The translations under genes were made by a program, and so were the position numbers. From positions 13,355-77,354 of the IMG/VR virus record IMGVR_UViG_2974528084_000001: a stretch of 64,000 nt of DNA; one strand, written 5' to 3'. Within the stretch, counting starts at the first letter, position 1, and each line of letters begins with the position of its first letter. Origin of the DNA: a virus. Lineage: Duplodnaviria > Caudoviricetes. The notes beneath the pieces were generated by a model. It had not been told where the DNA came from. It did no database searches and saw only the letters and a program-made list of their open reading frames with translations. Shown here piece after piece: positions 36,474-45,253 of this stretch.

Positions 36474-37606
36474 TACTTGTCGCCCCTATCTTTCGGAATG
36501 TCAACGCGAGGCATAACGCACGCCTCGAACCCCTCGTCGGCCGTGAACTTGACCATCGACGTGGTCTTAGAGGGGTTGTAATGCAGTGTGATTGTCTTGC
36601 CTGGCGCCTTGGAGACGACATCGGTGAAGGTCTCGAGTGAGAACAGATACTTCACCGGATCATGAGTCGATTCAACCTCAAGCATCAGGGACTCTTCGAT
36701 CTCTTCCGCAGAATCGCGGTCCTTGATTGCGAGTGTCAGCATGTCTCCGGCGATCCACACGTCTAGTGCGATCTGCCGATCAGACGAGCCGATCTTCGAC
36801 ACCCTAGATAGTACACCGACGATAGTTTCTTTGTCAAACGAACACGAGTCCTCGTGCGGTTTGTCCATCATCCGACTGACCGGGTCGAACTTCTCCTCGA
36901 ACAACGAGCACTTGATGTAGATGTCCTCGGTTGGTGAGATGACGAGGTTCGGACCGAGCACTCCGACCTCGCACTCCTCAATTGAACGCAGGATCGGGCC
37001 GATGAGGTGATAGGGAATCACTACATTGTTGCGTCCGTCTGCAAACTTGTAGTCGTTCGGCACCCGCATGGCGACCTTGCCGTTCGAGGAGCACAGGTAC
37101 TCCTCGTCCATGTAGAGGCCGGCCCTGGGCGGAAGGCCGTCGTTGTTCACTCCCCACCCGATCAGTTCCATTCGAGCCCCGAGACCCTTTGTTGGGTACA
37201 TTCCGTCAGGATCGAACATGAACTCCTCGCGACTCGGGTAGTCGCCACCCCTGAGGAAGGGTGTGCTAGCCCTCATGCGTCCGCTTGTGATGCGGAGCTT
37301 GCCGCCCTCGTCAATGAACTTGGACTTGCCCGACAGCGGAAGTGCAGTCACGATGCCATGAGTCGAGATCGAGGACACCCGCCAGGTGACCGGGGCTTCG
37401 CACTCGATGGAGAGGGGGTAGAGGAACTCGGTGTAGTACAGCGAGCCGTTGGTTGTCCTCAGGGTTACGTACTCATCGACCGGATTGGCGTCGATAACGA
37501 ACCCCTTGAACAGATCGAAGTCACGACCGCGAGTCGGGGCCACGATATTCGCACGCTTGAAGGCATCCGCAAGCGTTGCGTTGTTGAACTCGATTGTGGT
37601 TCCCAC
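36473..37606 (-). CDS. dnaN: DNA polymerase III beta sliding clamp-like protein
   Basis: 377 aa (clamp size) with three-domain pattern. PPRAGLYM...CSSNGKVAMR resembles RPILTG...ATDGHRL. Confidence 0.75.
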   Translation of the reverse strand: MGTTIEFNNATLADAFKRANIVAPTRGRDFDLFKGFVIDANPVDEYVTLRTTNGSLYYTEFLYPLSIECEAPVTWRVSSISTHGIVTALPLSGKSKFIDEGGKLRITSGRMRASTPFLRGGDYPSREEFMFDPDGMYPTKGLGARMELIGWGVNNDGLPPRAGLYMDEEYLCSSNGKVAMRVPNDYKFADGRNNVVIPYHLIGPILRSIEECEVGVLGPNLVISPTEDIYIKCSLFEEKFDPVSRMMDKPHEDSCSFDKETIVGVLSRVSKIGSSDRQIALDVWIAGDMLTLAIKDRDSAEEIEESLMLEVESTHDPVKYLFSLETFTDVVSKAPGKTITLHYNPSKTTSMVKFTADEGFEACVMPRVDIPKDRGDK

Positions 37607-38233
37607 TCAGGCTCCCGTCAGGTCAGCGCACGCAGCCGCTGGGCCGGTGATCCACTTCTCGATGCGGCGCTCCATGTCGATGGAGTGCATGAGATCCTCG
37701 AGCGCGCGGTGTGTTGCCTTGTCGGGCGGGCTGACGTACTTCGTAGGATCGGTGTCGATCTTCTTCCACAGATCAGGACGCGTTGCCTTGAGCCGCTCCA
37801 TGTCCGAGCTCGAGTCGACCACCCGGTAGTGGAAATACTCGTTGAGCTTGGGCATCTTCTGCTCGAGGAACTTGCGATCGAAGTGCACCGAGCTACCCCA
37901 CACCGGCAGGCCCTTGATCTGGAACCCGCTGATGGCATCGAGAATGCGTGTCTCGATCTCCTCGTACTCGCGGGTCGGGAGTTTGCGCTCCATGAACCCG
38001 CGCAGCTTGGGGAACAGTCCATTCTTGTTGTGCATCTCACGCACAGGCTTGACGAAGCTGTTGTCGGCTAGGCGCTGGACGACCTGCGGGGTATAGAGGA
38101 TGCCCGACAGAGTCTTGCCTTCGACCGGCGTCCAGGTCGTCGTGTCCACCACCACGATGGCGAACTCGATGATCTCCTCTGTAACCGGGTTCAGGCCGGT
38201 GGTCTCGAGGTCGATGAATACTGCATTGCTCAT
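37607..38233 (-). CDS. DEDDh 3'-5' exonuclease (oligoribonuclease/DnaQ-like)
   Basis: FIDLETTGL, GSSVHFDRKFL, HYRVVDSSS, HRALED. AAGGAG RBS. Confidence 0.88.
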   Translation of the reverse strand: MSNAVFIDLETTGLNPVTEEIIEFAIVVVDTTTWTPVEGKTLSGILYTPQVVQRLADNSFVKPVREMHNKNGLFPKLRGFMERKLPTREYEEIETRILDAISGFQIKGLPVWGSSVHFDRKFLEQKMPKLNEYFHYRVVDSSSDMERLKATRPDLWKKIDTDPTKYVSPPDKATHRALEDLMHSIDMERRIEKWITGPAAACADLTGA

Positions 38234-38692
38234 TGGGTCTCCTTCTCTCGGCTGACGATGTAGTTGTGCACGTCCTGGCGTGGGATCAGGTACCCCTTGC
38301 CCGGACGGTGGGCGTTCGGGAACTTCCCCGCCTTCACCAACTCCCGAACGTGGTTGACTGTCACCAGCAGGATCGCCGCCACCTGGTCGGTCGTCAGGTT
38401 GTCGTTCTCTGGCGCGATGTTCACGGTCACTTCTTTCGTAGTATCTGTCTATCAAGGCAGATTCCTTGATGTCGCTCTCGGCAAGGACTTCTACTTGATC
38501 CACACAGTTCTCGCATATGGATCGAGTTCGTATCTGAGACGGCGCATTCCTGTAGTGCCTGTCATACTCGATCCAGTATGTGAACTGAAACACACCTGCA
38601 TGATACTCGATACGAGCTGGGGTTATTTCTGCGTACCGATCACGCGGAAACTTGCAACCCCTGCGTTTCCACGCGCAGCCCGCAGCCCTCAT
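37607..38692 (-). CDS. Cys-rich Zn-binding ORF reading through the HTH gene into the exonuclease (361 aa)
   Basis: ATGA-coupled start at 38692. GC...GC...CENC. No in-frame stop until 37607. Confidence 0.5.
   Translation of the reverse strand: MRAAGCAWKRRGCKFPRDRYAEITPARIEYHAGVFQFTYWIEYDRHYRNAPSQIRTRSICENCVDQVEVLAESDIKESALIDRYYERSDREHRARERQPDDRPGGGDPAGDSQPRSGVGEGGEVPERPPSGQGVPDPTPGRAQLHRQPREGDPMSNAVFIDLETTGLNPVTEEIIEFAIVVVDTTTWTPVEGKTLSGILYTPQVVQRLADNSFVKPVREMHNKNGLFPKLRGFMERKLPTREYEEIETRILDAISGFQIKGLPVWGSSVHFDRKFLEQKMPKLNEYFHYRVVDSSSDMERLKATRPDLWKKIDTDPTKYVSPPDKATHRALEDLMHSIDMERRIEKWITGPAAACADLTGA
38230..38430 (-). CDS. Excisionase/MerR-like HTH DNA-binding protein
   Basis: LTTDQVAAILLVTVNHVRELVKAGKFPNA...YLIP (HTH_17-like). 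Confidence 0.8.
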   Translation of the reverse strand: MTVNIAPENDNLTTDQVAAILLVTVNHVRELVKAGKFPNAHRPGKGYLIPRQDVHNYIVSREKETQ

Positions 38693-38973
38693 GCCCCCGC
38701 ATGAACTCGCTGCATGATGGCATTGAGGTCTTTCTGTAGCGAATCAACCACCTTCAGGGTGGCCTTGTGCACCTCGTACTTCTCCAGGGCTTGGTCGATC
38801 TTCACCTTCGACTGGCTTTCCTTGGAGGCCTTTCTGAGATCTGCTTCAGCTTGTTCTACGTGCGCCCGGCTGTCGATCAGCAGGTCCATGAGGCGCTGCT
38901 CGAACAGGTCGAGCACCCGTCTGTTGCGGTCCTCGAACAGCTTGCCAACGTTGACCAGTACAGTACGAATCAC
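38689..38973 (-). CDS. Coiled-coil hypothetical protein
   Basis: GTGA-coupled to the helicase stop, 94 aa, helical. Confidence 0.6.
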   Translation of the reverse strand: MIRTVLVNVGKLFEDRNRRVLDLFEQRLMDLLIDSRAHVEQAEADLRKASKESQSKVKIDQALEKYEVHKATLKVVDSLQKDLNAIMQRVHAGA

Positions 38974-40538
38974 AGTGTGCCCTCCAGTGCATCGTTGAGC
39001 TTCTCCATGAAGCTCGCGTCCACGGAACCCTTGGCTCCGTTGCGAATGATAGTATCGAACGAGAACTCTTTGTCTTTGATGATCTGTTCGACACGGTACT
39101 CGGCTGAGTTCTTCACCATGTAGTCGAACACCTGGATCGAAGGGTGATGCTCCGATCCGACTCGGCGCATACGGCCAACACACTGGTCGTTCAAGCCGGG
39201 GCTGAACTCCTTGCCGATGAACTGCCCGTGATTAGCGGCAGTCATGTTAAGGCCCACGCCCATAGCTTTGATGATCCCGATGATGACTCCCGGCTCCCTG
39301 TCCGCCGTCCAGTCCTTCACCACCTGCTGACGCTTGTCCTTGTTTACCTTGCCGTGAATCTGGTAGACCGGCGTGCCGGGCCGAGCCTCCTCGAGGCGCC
39401 GCATGTAAGCGGTGATGATCGGCATGAACTGGGTGAACACAATGAGCTTGTGTCCGTTGTCCAGTATCTCGCACGCGTCCTCGATGGCGAGGTCTAGCTT
39501 GGGCGACTCGTCCCAGTCCGGGAGCAGTGTGCATGTGGATGCACAGATCTGACGCAGGCGCAGCTGCCGAACCATCGGCCACTCGAGCGCTTCGTCCTGT
39601 TCGTCGGTGAACGAGGGGACGTACTTCTGTAGCTTGTGTTCGGTAGCCAGGTAGTTGTACATCTCACGAGGCTTGTCCACCAGCGACACCATGCGCTTGA
39701 TAACCTGCACCTCGGGCAGGTCGATCACGTTGTCGATCTCACGACGCAGCATGACCTGAGACAGACGAGCCGCCAGCTGTCGTTCGTTCTTGACTGCCGT
39801 GACCTGCTTGCCGTTGAACCCACCGAGTACACAGTACTTCGCCTTGAAGCCTGCGAACGTGCCCCATTGACCGGGGGTCACCCAGTCGAGGAGAGTCCAT
39901 AGATCGTCCACTTGGTTGGTCATCGGCGTCCCACTCATGGCGAGGCGACGACCGGAGGCCAGCTGACTGATGTTCTTGTACGCGTTGGTCTCGCGGTTCT
40001 TGATGATGTGAGCTTCGTCGGCCACGAGGTAGTCGATGTTCAGCGAATTGAGCTGCTGGATGTGATCTTCAAGCGCCTCGTAGTTGATGACCAGAATCTT
40101 GTGGTTGTCGATGCGCTTGAACTCTTCAATCTGCTTGAAGCGATCAATGAGCGTGCCGGTCGCTACGCAGTAGTCGAGCTTGGTGAACTTCACGATCTCG
40201 TCGGCCCAGTTCATGCGCAAGGAAGCTGGCACAACGGCGATCATAACGCACCGCTTCTGTGGGTCCTTCTTCACCGACGACCAGATGTGCATACCGAAGG
40301 TGAACAGCGCCTGGATGGTCTTGCCGAGACCCATCTCGTCGCCAAGGATCGCACCCTTCTTGTTCTTCAGCCACCGAACGCCCTCCTCCTGGTAGGGCTT
40401 GAGCTCAATCTCGGGGCGAATCCAGTAGTCGAGTGATCCTCTACTGCGTGGGCCCTGCGTACCCGAGAGCGTGTTCAGTTTTTTCGCTGAACCTGCGCTC
40501 AAGGGTACTGACGAAGGGCGTTCGTTCACCGTTGTCAC
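38970..40538 (-). CDS. SNF2-family helicase (start uncertain)
   Basis: LKPYQ, GDEMGLGKT, ADEAH, SGTPMTN, GVGLNM, QCVGRMRR. Nearest start with an RBS is GTG 40538 (GGGAG). Confidence 0.88.
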   Translation of the reverse strand: MTTVNERPSSVPLSAGSAKKLNTLSGTQGPRSRGSLDYWIRPEIELKPYQEEGVRWLKNKKGAILGDEMGLGKTIQALFTFGMHIWSSVKKDPQKRCVMIAVVPASLRMNWADEIVKFTKLDYCVATGTLIDRFKQIEEFKRIDNHKILVINYEALEDHIQQLNSLNIDYLVADEAHIIKNRETNAYKNISQLASGRRLAMSGTPMTNQVDDLWTLLDWVTPGQWGTFAGFKAKYCVLGGFNGKQVTAVKNERQLAARLSQVMLRREIDNVIDLPEVQVIKRMVSLVDKPREMYNYLATEHKLQKYVPSFTDEQDEALEWPMVRQLRLRQICASTCTLLPDWDESPKLDLAIEDACEILDNGHKLIVFTQFMPIITAYMRRLEEARPGTPVYQIHGKVNKDKRQQVVKDWTADREPGVIIGIIKAMGVGLNMTAANHGQFIGKEFSPGLNDQCVGRMRRVGSEHHPSIQVFDYMVKNSAEYRVEQIIKDKEFSFDTIIRNGAKGSVDASFMEKLNDALEGTL

Positions 40539-40764
40539 TGAGGATCTCCCACTTGATTGGAACTGATTCACCGAGATCGTTGGTGCCTTCGATGAACTCA
40601 ATGCGACAGTCAGGGAAGTGCCGCTCGACCCAAGCGATGTAGGCGATTGCTTCGCTAACTGTTCGGGGGACAGAAGTGTTCCAGACTTCGGACAGACCTG
40701 CCTCACGATAGCGGTAGGCCTTGTAGGTACGGTGTACGTCTTCTGCTTTCGGAACAAACTTCAC
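40441..40764 (-). CDS. Hypothetical protein overlapping helicase 5' end
   Basis: GTGA-coupled start 40764. Globular-looking 107 aa; the helicase frame over the same DNA is S/T/P-rich. Confidence 0.6.
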   Translation of the reverse strand: MKFVPKAEDVHRTYKAYRYREAGLSEVWNTSVPRTVSEAIAYIAWVERHFPDCRIEFIEGTNDLGESVPIKWEILSDNGERTPFVSTLERRFSEKTEHALGYAGPTQ

Positions 40765-41435
40765 CCCCACTTCGTCTTGTTCTGACACCCCTTGCACCCC
40801 CCATCTCGGTCGATATGCTCTCGCATGTCCGCGACCGAGGCGTATGGCTTCTCGCAGGCCGCACACTTGAGTGGTTGCTTGCCGACCTTGACTCCGGTCA
40901 CGCCGTGATTGAAGCTGTAGGTCTCTGTTTCCGGCGGCTGCGATACAGCCATCAGCGGCTTGGGCTTGGGCAGTACCTCGCCGATGTCGATGTCGCTCTC
41001 CGAGAACTCGCCCGCAAGTCCGCCGATGTAGTTTAGTCCAGACTCGGCTTCGCTTGGCTCGCCCTCGGGTAGCTCGTCGATCGCCTTCATGATGTTGTCG
41101 TAGACGTGGGGGTCTGGGTCTTCCTCGCCTCCGTCCAGGCCTAGGGCAGCCTCGTAGGTCTGCCCGTCCACCATGCGGCCTCGGCGGTAGACCCGAGCTC
41201 CGACGATGATGCCCTGGAGCTTGAAGGCATACGCCGTTTGCCCGAGCTCGCCGATCAGCTCGTGCACGAAATCCATCTGGTCATCGGTGAGCTCGTCGAT
41301 GAACGACGTGAAGGCAGCGAGGTCAGCGTTGTGACTCTCCTCCTTCTTGCGCGCGTTCTCCTCGTACTGCTTCTGCTGGAACTTCTGGAATTGCAATGCT
41401 TGCCGGAACTCTTCGGGCAGGTCTTCGTCGGGCAT
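40761..41435 (-). CDS. Acidic protein with C-terminal Zn finger
   Basis: ATG 41435 after AGGAAGGA. CAAC...H...CKGC. Confidence 0.65.
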   Translation of the reverse strand: MPDEDLPEEFRQALQFQKFQQKQYEENARKKEESHNADLAAFTSFIDELTDDQMDFVHELIGELGQTAYAFKLQGIIVGARVYRRGRMVDGQTYEAALGLDGGEEDPDPHVYDNIMKAIDELPEGEPSEAESGLNYIGGLAGEFSESDIDIGEVLPKPKPLMAVSQPPETETYSFNHGVTGVKVGKQPLKCAACEKPYASVADMREHIDRDGGCKGCQNKTKWG

Positions 41436-41459
41436 GTGTTGTTCCTTCCTGTGGGCACC

Positions 41460-41501
41460 ATAGTAAGGGGGCTGCAACCACAGTAGCAGCCCCCTTACTA
41501 T
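41460..41501. terminator. 16-bp perfect stem-loop downstream of SSB-like gene
   Basis: ATAGTAAGGGGGCTGC / GCAGCCCCCTTACTAT, 10-nt loop. Confidence 0.65.
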
Positions 41502-41552
41502 CCTGGCCCTTCTGATCGACGGGTGATTGGCACCCTAGCAGGGGAAGCTCGA

Positions 41553-42656
41553 TCAGAAGGGGGGTTCTTCGTCCTCGTCGATCTGCACGGTGCCTGCGGC
41601 AGGTGCGGTGTTCGACAGAGGCTTGACCTTGCCCTTGGTGGAGATGACCTGCTCCTCGGCAGGCGGTGAGGGCGGGGTCGGCTCGGGCGTCGGCTCCGGC
41701 TGGACCCGAGTCTGCGCTTGCGGCGGTGCCGGTTGCGCGGGCTGCGGGGTAGGAGTCGGCGTCGACTCCTCCGGCACCACGTCAGCGTCGATGACGTTGC
41801 CCTCGATGTCGCCGTCCGGGACGGTGGCAGCAGCCTTCGCGGCAGCTGCTTCCTTGTCCTCGTCATCCCTCGGCATCGGGTACTGCAGCAGGAACCCCTG
41901 CGCCGACTTGAAGGAATCGAAGTAGTCCTGGTAGGACTCGGGGTTGGTCTTGGCGACCTTGGTGAAGATCGGCGTGCAGAACTTCACCATGCCACGCTTG
42001 TTCACGTCGAGCGTGAGCTTGGTTGCGACCGTGAAGATCGGGGTCTTCTTGGAGGCGAACGGCGTGACGTACTGACGAGCCGGCTTGATACCCGACCGGC
42101 GGATGGTGAACAGGGCGGGCACCCAGACCTCGGGGTCCTCCGGGTCCTGGTACAGGAGGGGGAAGGTCCACTCCTCGGAGCACCAGGGCTTCTTGCCCGA
42201 CGGGTCGGTGTTCCACTCCTTGAAGTGGCAGTCCTTGCACCCGATGCTGGGCATCGTGAGCAGGTTCTGTTCCGGCCCGACGAACAGAGGCGATGCATCG
42301 TCCGGCCCGTAGACATCCTGAGCTTCCCAGGGGAACTGCTTGCTCGTGGGCAGCTCGGTGTCCATGTTCGGAAAGCCGTTGCGCATGTCGGGCGACTTGC
42401 AGAGCGGCGGGTCTTGGTCATCGCCGTCGCTCATCTCGCCCCACATGATGCGAGACTTGTGGAGGCCGAGGAGGATCACGGTGAGCTCGTTGAAGAGCTC
42501 GTCGGTCTGACTGTTCTTGAATGCCGCCTCGGGATGGTCGATCGAGAGGCGGGGCATCGTCAGGTCGTTGGTATCGAAGTCCTCGAGGCCGGTCTCCATA
42601 CCGTCCCAAGCCACGACATCGGTACCAGTCGTCTGACTGGGCTGCAAAGAAGTCAT
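41553..42656 (-). CDS. ssDNA-binding / annealing protein (probable)
   Basis: MPRLSI, PLCKSPD, CKDCHF, PWC Zn cysteines. Long Pro-rich linker and acidic aromatic end DEDEEPPF like SSB tails. Strong codon bias, own promoter. Confidence 0.6.
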   Translation of the reverse strand: MTSLQPSQTTGTDVVAWDGMETGLEDFDTNDLTMPRLSIDHPEAAFKNSQTDELFNELTVILLGLHKSRIMWGEMSDGDDQDPPLCKSPDMRNGFPNMDTELPTSKQFPWEAQDVYGPDDASPLFVGPEQNLLTMPSIGCKDCHFKEWNTDPSGKKPWCSEEWTFPLLYQDPEDPEVWVPALFTIRRSGIKPARQYVTPFASKKTPIFTVATKLTLDVNKRGMVKFCTPIFTKVAKTNPESYQDYFDSFKSAQGFLLQYPMPRDDEDKEAAAAKAAATVPDGDIEGNVIDADVVPEESTPTPTPQPAQPAPPQAQTRVQPEPTPEPTPPSPPAEEQVISTKGKVKPLSNTAPAAGTVQIDEDEEPPF

Positions 42657-42735
42657 GTAGGTAGACTCATTTCTTTGTTGTCTTGCAGGTTCATCGGTTC
42701 GCTGTTTTGCTATCGGTATCCCTACCGATCTCTAC

Positions 42736-42764
42736 ACATTACTACATATGCGGATCGTTGTCAA
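42736..42764 (-). promoter_or_regulatory. SigA-like promoter of SSB-like gene
   Basis: TTGACA-N17-TAATGT. Confidence 0.65.
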
Positions 42765-43084
42765 CCGAATCTTTGTGGACGTTTCTTTGCCATCAATCGC
42801 GCGTTGCGCTGCTCGCTAAACCTGATCCCCTTCGTCTTGAGCCAGAGCTTGAAGTCCGTTTCCGACACACGCCAGATAGGCTTCTCGTCCGGGGCCGATA
42901 TGTTGACGACCCTGATCCTGCCCTTCATCGAGCCAGTCGATCGGCCGGCGAAGTACAGGACACGTTCCTCGAGGTACGACCGAGAACAGTCCAGCATCAG
43001 GGCCACCTGCTGCACTGTGTAGAAGAACTCCCGCGCAGGGAAGTGCACCTCGGAGGTCATGATGTCCTCTTGGAACGAGCTCAT
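42761..43084 (-). CDS. HTH DNA-binding protein
   Basis: FFYTVQQVALMLDCS...WRVSETDF (MerR/Xis-like winged HTH). Confidence 0.7.
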   Translation of the reverse strand: MSSFQEDIMTSEVHFPAREFFYTVQQVALMLDCSRSYLEERVLYFAGRSTGSMKGRIRVVNISAPDEKPIWRVSETDFKLWLKTKGIRFSEQRNARLMAKKRPQRFG

Positions 43085-43434
43085 CGGATAATCGCGGACT
43101 GGTCGGCAGTACGAATCGGAGTCCAGTTCCGTGAGCGCACCTCGTCCATGATCGAGCCACCCTTGGTGACACCAAACATGAGCGCATTGCAGTACGACTT
43201 GATCTGTTCCGCCACCCAGGGGTTGACGAGCAGGGCGTACGCGCCGTGCCCGGTCTCGCGAAGGCCCTTGTTGTGGATGCCGTGAAGCTCGACCATCATG
43301 TCGACGATTGACTGCGGCGCACCGAGTGCCACTGCGTGCGACTCGAAGCGCACGTACACGTACTTGCAGTCGAGGAACGTCTCGGTGCCAGACCAGACCA
43401 CATTGTCGGGCGCCTGGGGAATGGTGAGTGTCAT
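43081..43434 (-). CDS. Hypothetical protein
   Basis: AGGAGG RBS, 117 aa, GC3 bias. Confidence 0.65.
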   Translation of the reverse strand: MTLTIPQAPDNVVWSGTETFLDCKYVYVRFESHAVALGAPQSIVDMMVELHGIHNKGLRETGHGAYALLVNPWVAEQIKSYCNALMFGVTKGGSIMDEVRSRNWTPIRTADQSAIIR

Positions 43435-43446
43435 ACTGATTACCTC

Positions 43447-43710
43447 CTAGTTGACGTACTTGGCTGCGTTTGAAGGGGTAGACGTGAAGGCGAGGGACTT
43501 ATCGCGTGGTGTTGCGCCGATCAGCCACTGGAAAGACTCGGGCGTGTCGGGTAGCAGCGCATCCACCGACTCGACGGCCTGCTTGGGACTGTCGAACGAA
43601 CCGACTGACTCGGCCTGTCCGTTGCCCTTTGCGTCGGTGATCCGCCAGTACCAGCGGTGAGCGGCGGGTCGGCTGTGAGTGCCACCCCGCTCGATCCGCA
43701 CCCGCCTCAT
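43447..43710 (-). CDS. DUF1508/YegP-like protein
   Basis: RWYWRITDAKGNGQAES...F.S...A pattern. Confidence 0.55.
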   Translation of the reverse strand: MRRVRIERGGTHSRPAAHRWYWRITDAKGNGQAESVGSFDSPKQAVESVDALLPDTPESFQWLIGATPRDKSLAFTSTPSNAAKYVN

Positions 43711-43841
43711 CGACCCGTCCGCTTCCGCTTGGCCCGAGCCTTGCGCTTCTTTTTGAAGAACCGTTCGGCCCGCTGCTCGGTCTTGCGGTCCTCCTTTTCG
43801 ATCTTCTTGATGTACTCGTCGTAATCGCCATCAAAGCTCAT
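43707..43841 (-). CDS. Small highly charged protein (44 aa)
   Basis: ATGA-coupled. Acidic N-terminus, K/R-rich C-terminus. Confidence 0.5.
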   Translation of the reverse strand: MSFDGDYDEYIKKIEKEDRKTEQRAERFFKKKRKARAKRKRTGR

Positions 43842-44464
43842 CGGGACTTCGCCTTTCGTCGGAGGGCTTCGAGCCCGTCGCGCATACCCTCGACGGTGTA
43901 GTGCTGGAAGTACAAGGGCTTGCGGTGAATCTTGGCGTAGCCGATGGTCTCCCAGCGATTGAACACTGCGCCGATAGCTCCGGTGCTCGGCGGGTTGTCC
44001 GGGTTGATCAGCAGTGCGATCGCTTGCGGCGTCATGAGCTCGTCGAACTCGCCCATCATGGCTCGATGACACACGGCCTGCACTTCGGATTCCAGCTGTC
44101 CACGTTGGCGCTGCCCGGTCGGCGTGCCGGTGTAGACGGGTGCTAATTCCAATAGGCCAGGAGCCGATTCGCTCGGACGTTCGCGGGGCACGCGGGTCGG
44201 TGCACCCCCCACCAATGAAGCACCCTCGAGTTCGACTGTTGGCCTCAGGTACTCCGACATGTCCGGGTACTGATACGGCACGTAGTTGGGGTTCTCGTGG
44301 AGCCTTCGCTCCGCGTTCGCCATCTTGTACATGCGATCGAACTTGGCATGGCACTCGCACTTGCACAGCTCATGTGCGGTGCACACCTTCATCGGCTTGC
44401 CGGACGGGCTGACCGGCGCAGTGCCTTCGCAGTGGCCGATGCCACAGAAGCCTGTCTTGTACAT
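43838..44464 (-). CDS. Zn-finger + winged-HTH DNA-binding protein
   Basis: FCGIGHC...C..H..CKCECH, then MTPQAIA...PPSTGAIGAVF...GYAKI. Confidence 0.65.
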   Translation of the reverse strand: MYKTGFCGIGHCEGTAPVSPSGKPMKVCTAHELCKCECHAKFDRMYKMANAERRLHENPNYVPYQYPDMSEYLRPTVELEGASLVGGAPTRVPRERPSESAPGLLELAPVYTGTPTGQRQRGQLESEVQAVCHRAMMGEFDELMTPQAIALLINPDNPPSTGAIGAVFNRWETIGYAKIHRKPLYFQHYTVEGMRDGLEALRRKAKSR

Positions 44465-44476
44465 CAAGCCTCCTTT

Positions 44477-45034
44477 CTAATCGTCATCCTCTGGGGAGTC
44501 GGCGAACCCGGTGTCTTCATCCAGGTCCTGACTGACGGTGGTCTGGTACACGACAGGTGCGTGCGACTTGGACACTACCTCGGGGTGCGGACCCTCCCAT
44601 CGCTCGTCAAGGTAAGCATACTCGGCAGACCATCGCTCACCTTCCCGCTTCCATAGCACAGCCGGGTCACGGAAGGATCGCGAGTAGTCAGCTTCACCAC
44701 TCTCGAGCGCTTGCATTGCGTGCTGATCTCGGATCGCGCAGGTGCGGTACGCGTGTGCGAAGGCGAGATCGAACACACCCTTCAGTGCGGTGAGCTCATC
44801 GACACGCAGTCCGGTCAGCTCTAGCGTTGTCTTGCCGAACTGATTGCCGACCTCGATCTTCACATCGGGGCCGGGCTCCACTCCACCAGGCTCAGGGAAG
44901 AGCTTCATCACCGCCTGGGTGGTGAACACCTTCGTCCAAGCCCGCCGAGTCTGGCCGAACACACCAGGCGCGTGACCCTTACGCTTGATCGAGTCGGCTT
45001 TCTTTTTCCCTGGCCCTCGCTGCAGCGGCGGCAT
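44477..45034 (-). CDS. Hypothetical protein
   Basis: ATG 45034 after GAAAGGA. Basic N-terminus, acidic C-terminus. Confidence 0.55.
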   Translation of the reverse strand: MPPLQRGPGKKKADSIKRKGHAPGVFGQTRRAWTKVFTTQAVMKLFPEPGGVEPGPDVKIEVGNQFGKTTLELTGLRVDELTALKGVFDLAFAHAYRTCAIRDQHAMQALESGEADYSRSFRDPAVLWKREGERWSAEYAYLDERWEGPHPEVVSKSHAPVVYQTTVSQDLDEDTGFADSPEDDD

Positions 45035-45242
45035 TGCGCATCCTTTCTGCGCGCGAGACATCGCGCGGGTAGTTGTAGTCAGGGTCTTTGCCGAGGCAAG
45101 AGTCGCACAGCCAGTCGACCACCCTTGATCTGAACACGGTCGTGGCATTGCCGATGCCTGCGAATAGAACCTTCTTACTCGAGAGCTGATCTCTCGGAAG
45201 GTCCTTGCCGCACCGAGTGCAGGCATACATTGGTTCGGGCAT
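44979..45242 (-). CDS. Small Zn-finger protein
   Basis: CTRCG...LCDSC. Confidence 0.6.
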   Translation of the reverse strand: MPEPMYACTRCGKDLPRDQLSSKKVLFAGIGNATTVFRSRVVDWLCDSCLGKDPDYNYPRDVSRAERMRNAAAAARAREKESRLDQA

Positions 45243-45253
45243 GATCTCTCTTT

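Noticed and set aside
36473-37606. Host chromosomal dnaN (bacterial flank)
   Set aside because: Divergent sequence, coupled to phage genes on both sides, with no dnaA/recF/gyrB context.
38230-38430. Prophage integration/excision module
   Set aside because: Xis-like HTH only. No tyrosine or serine integrase, repressor or att-like tRNA fragment was seen.
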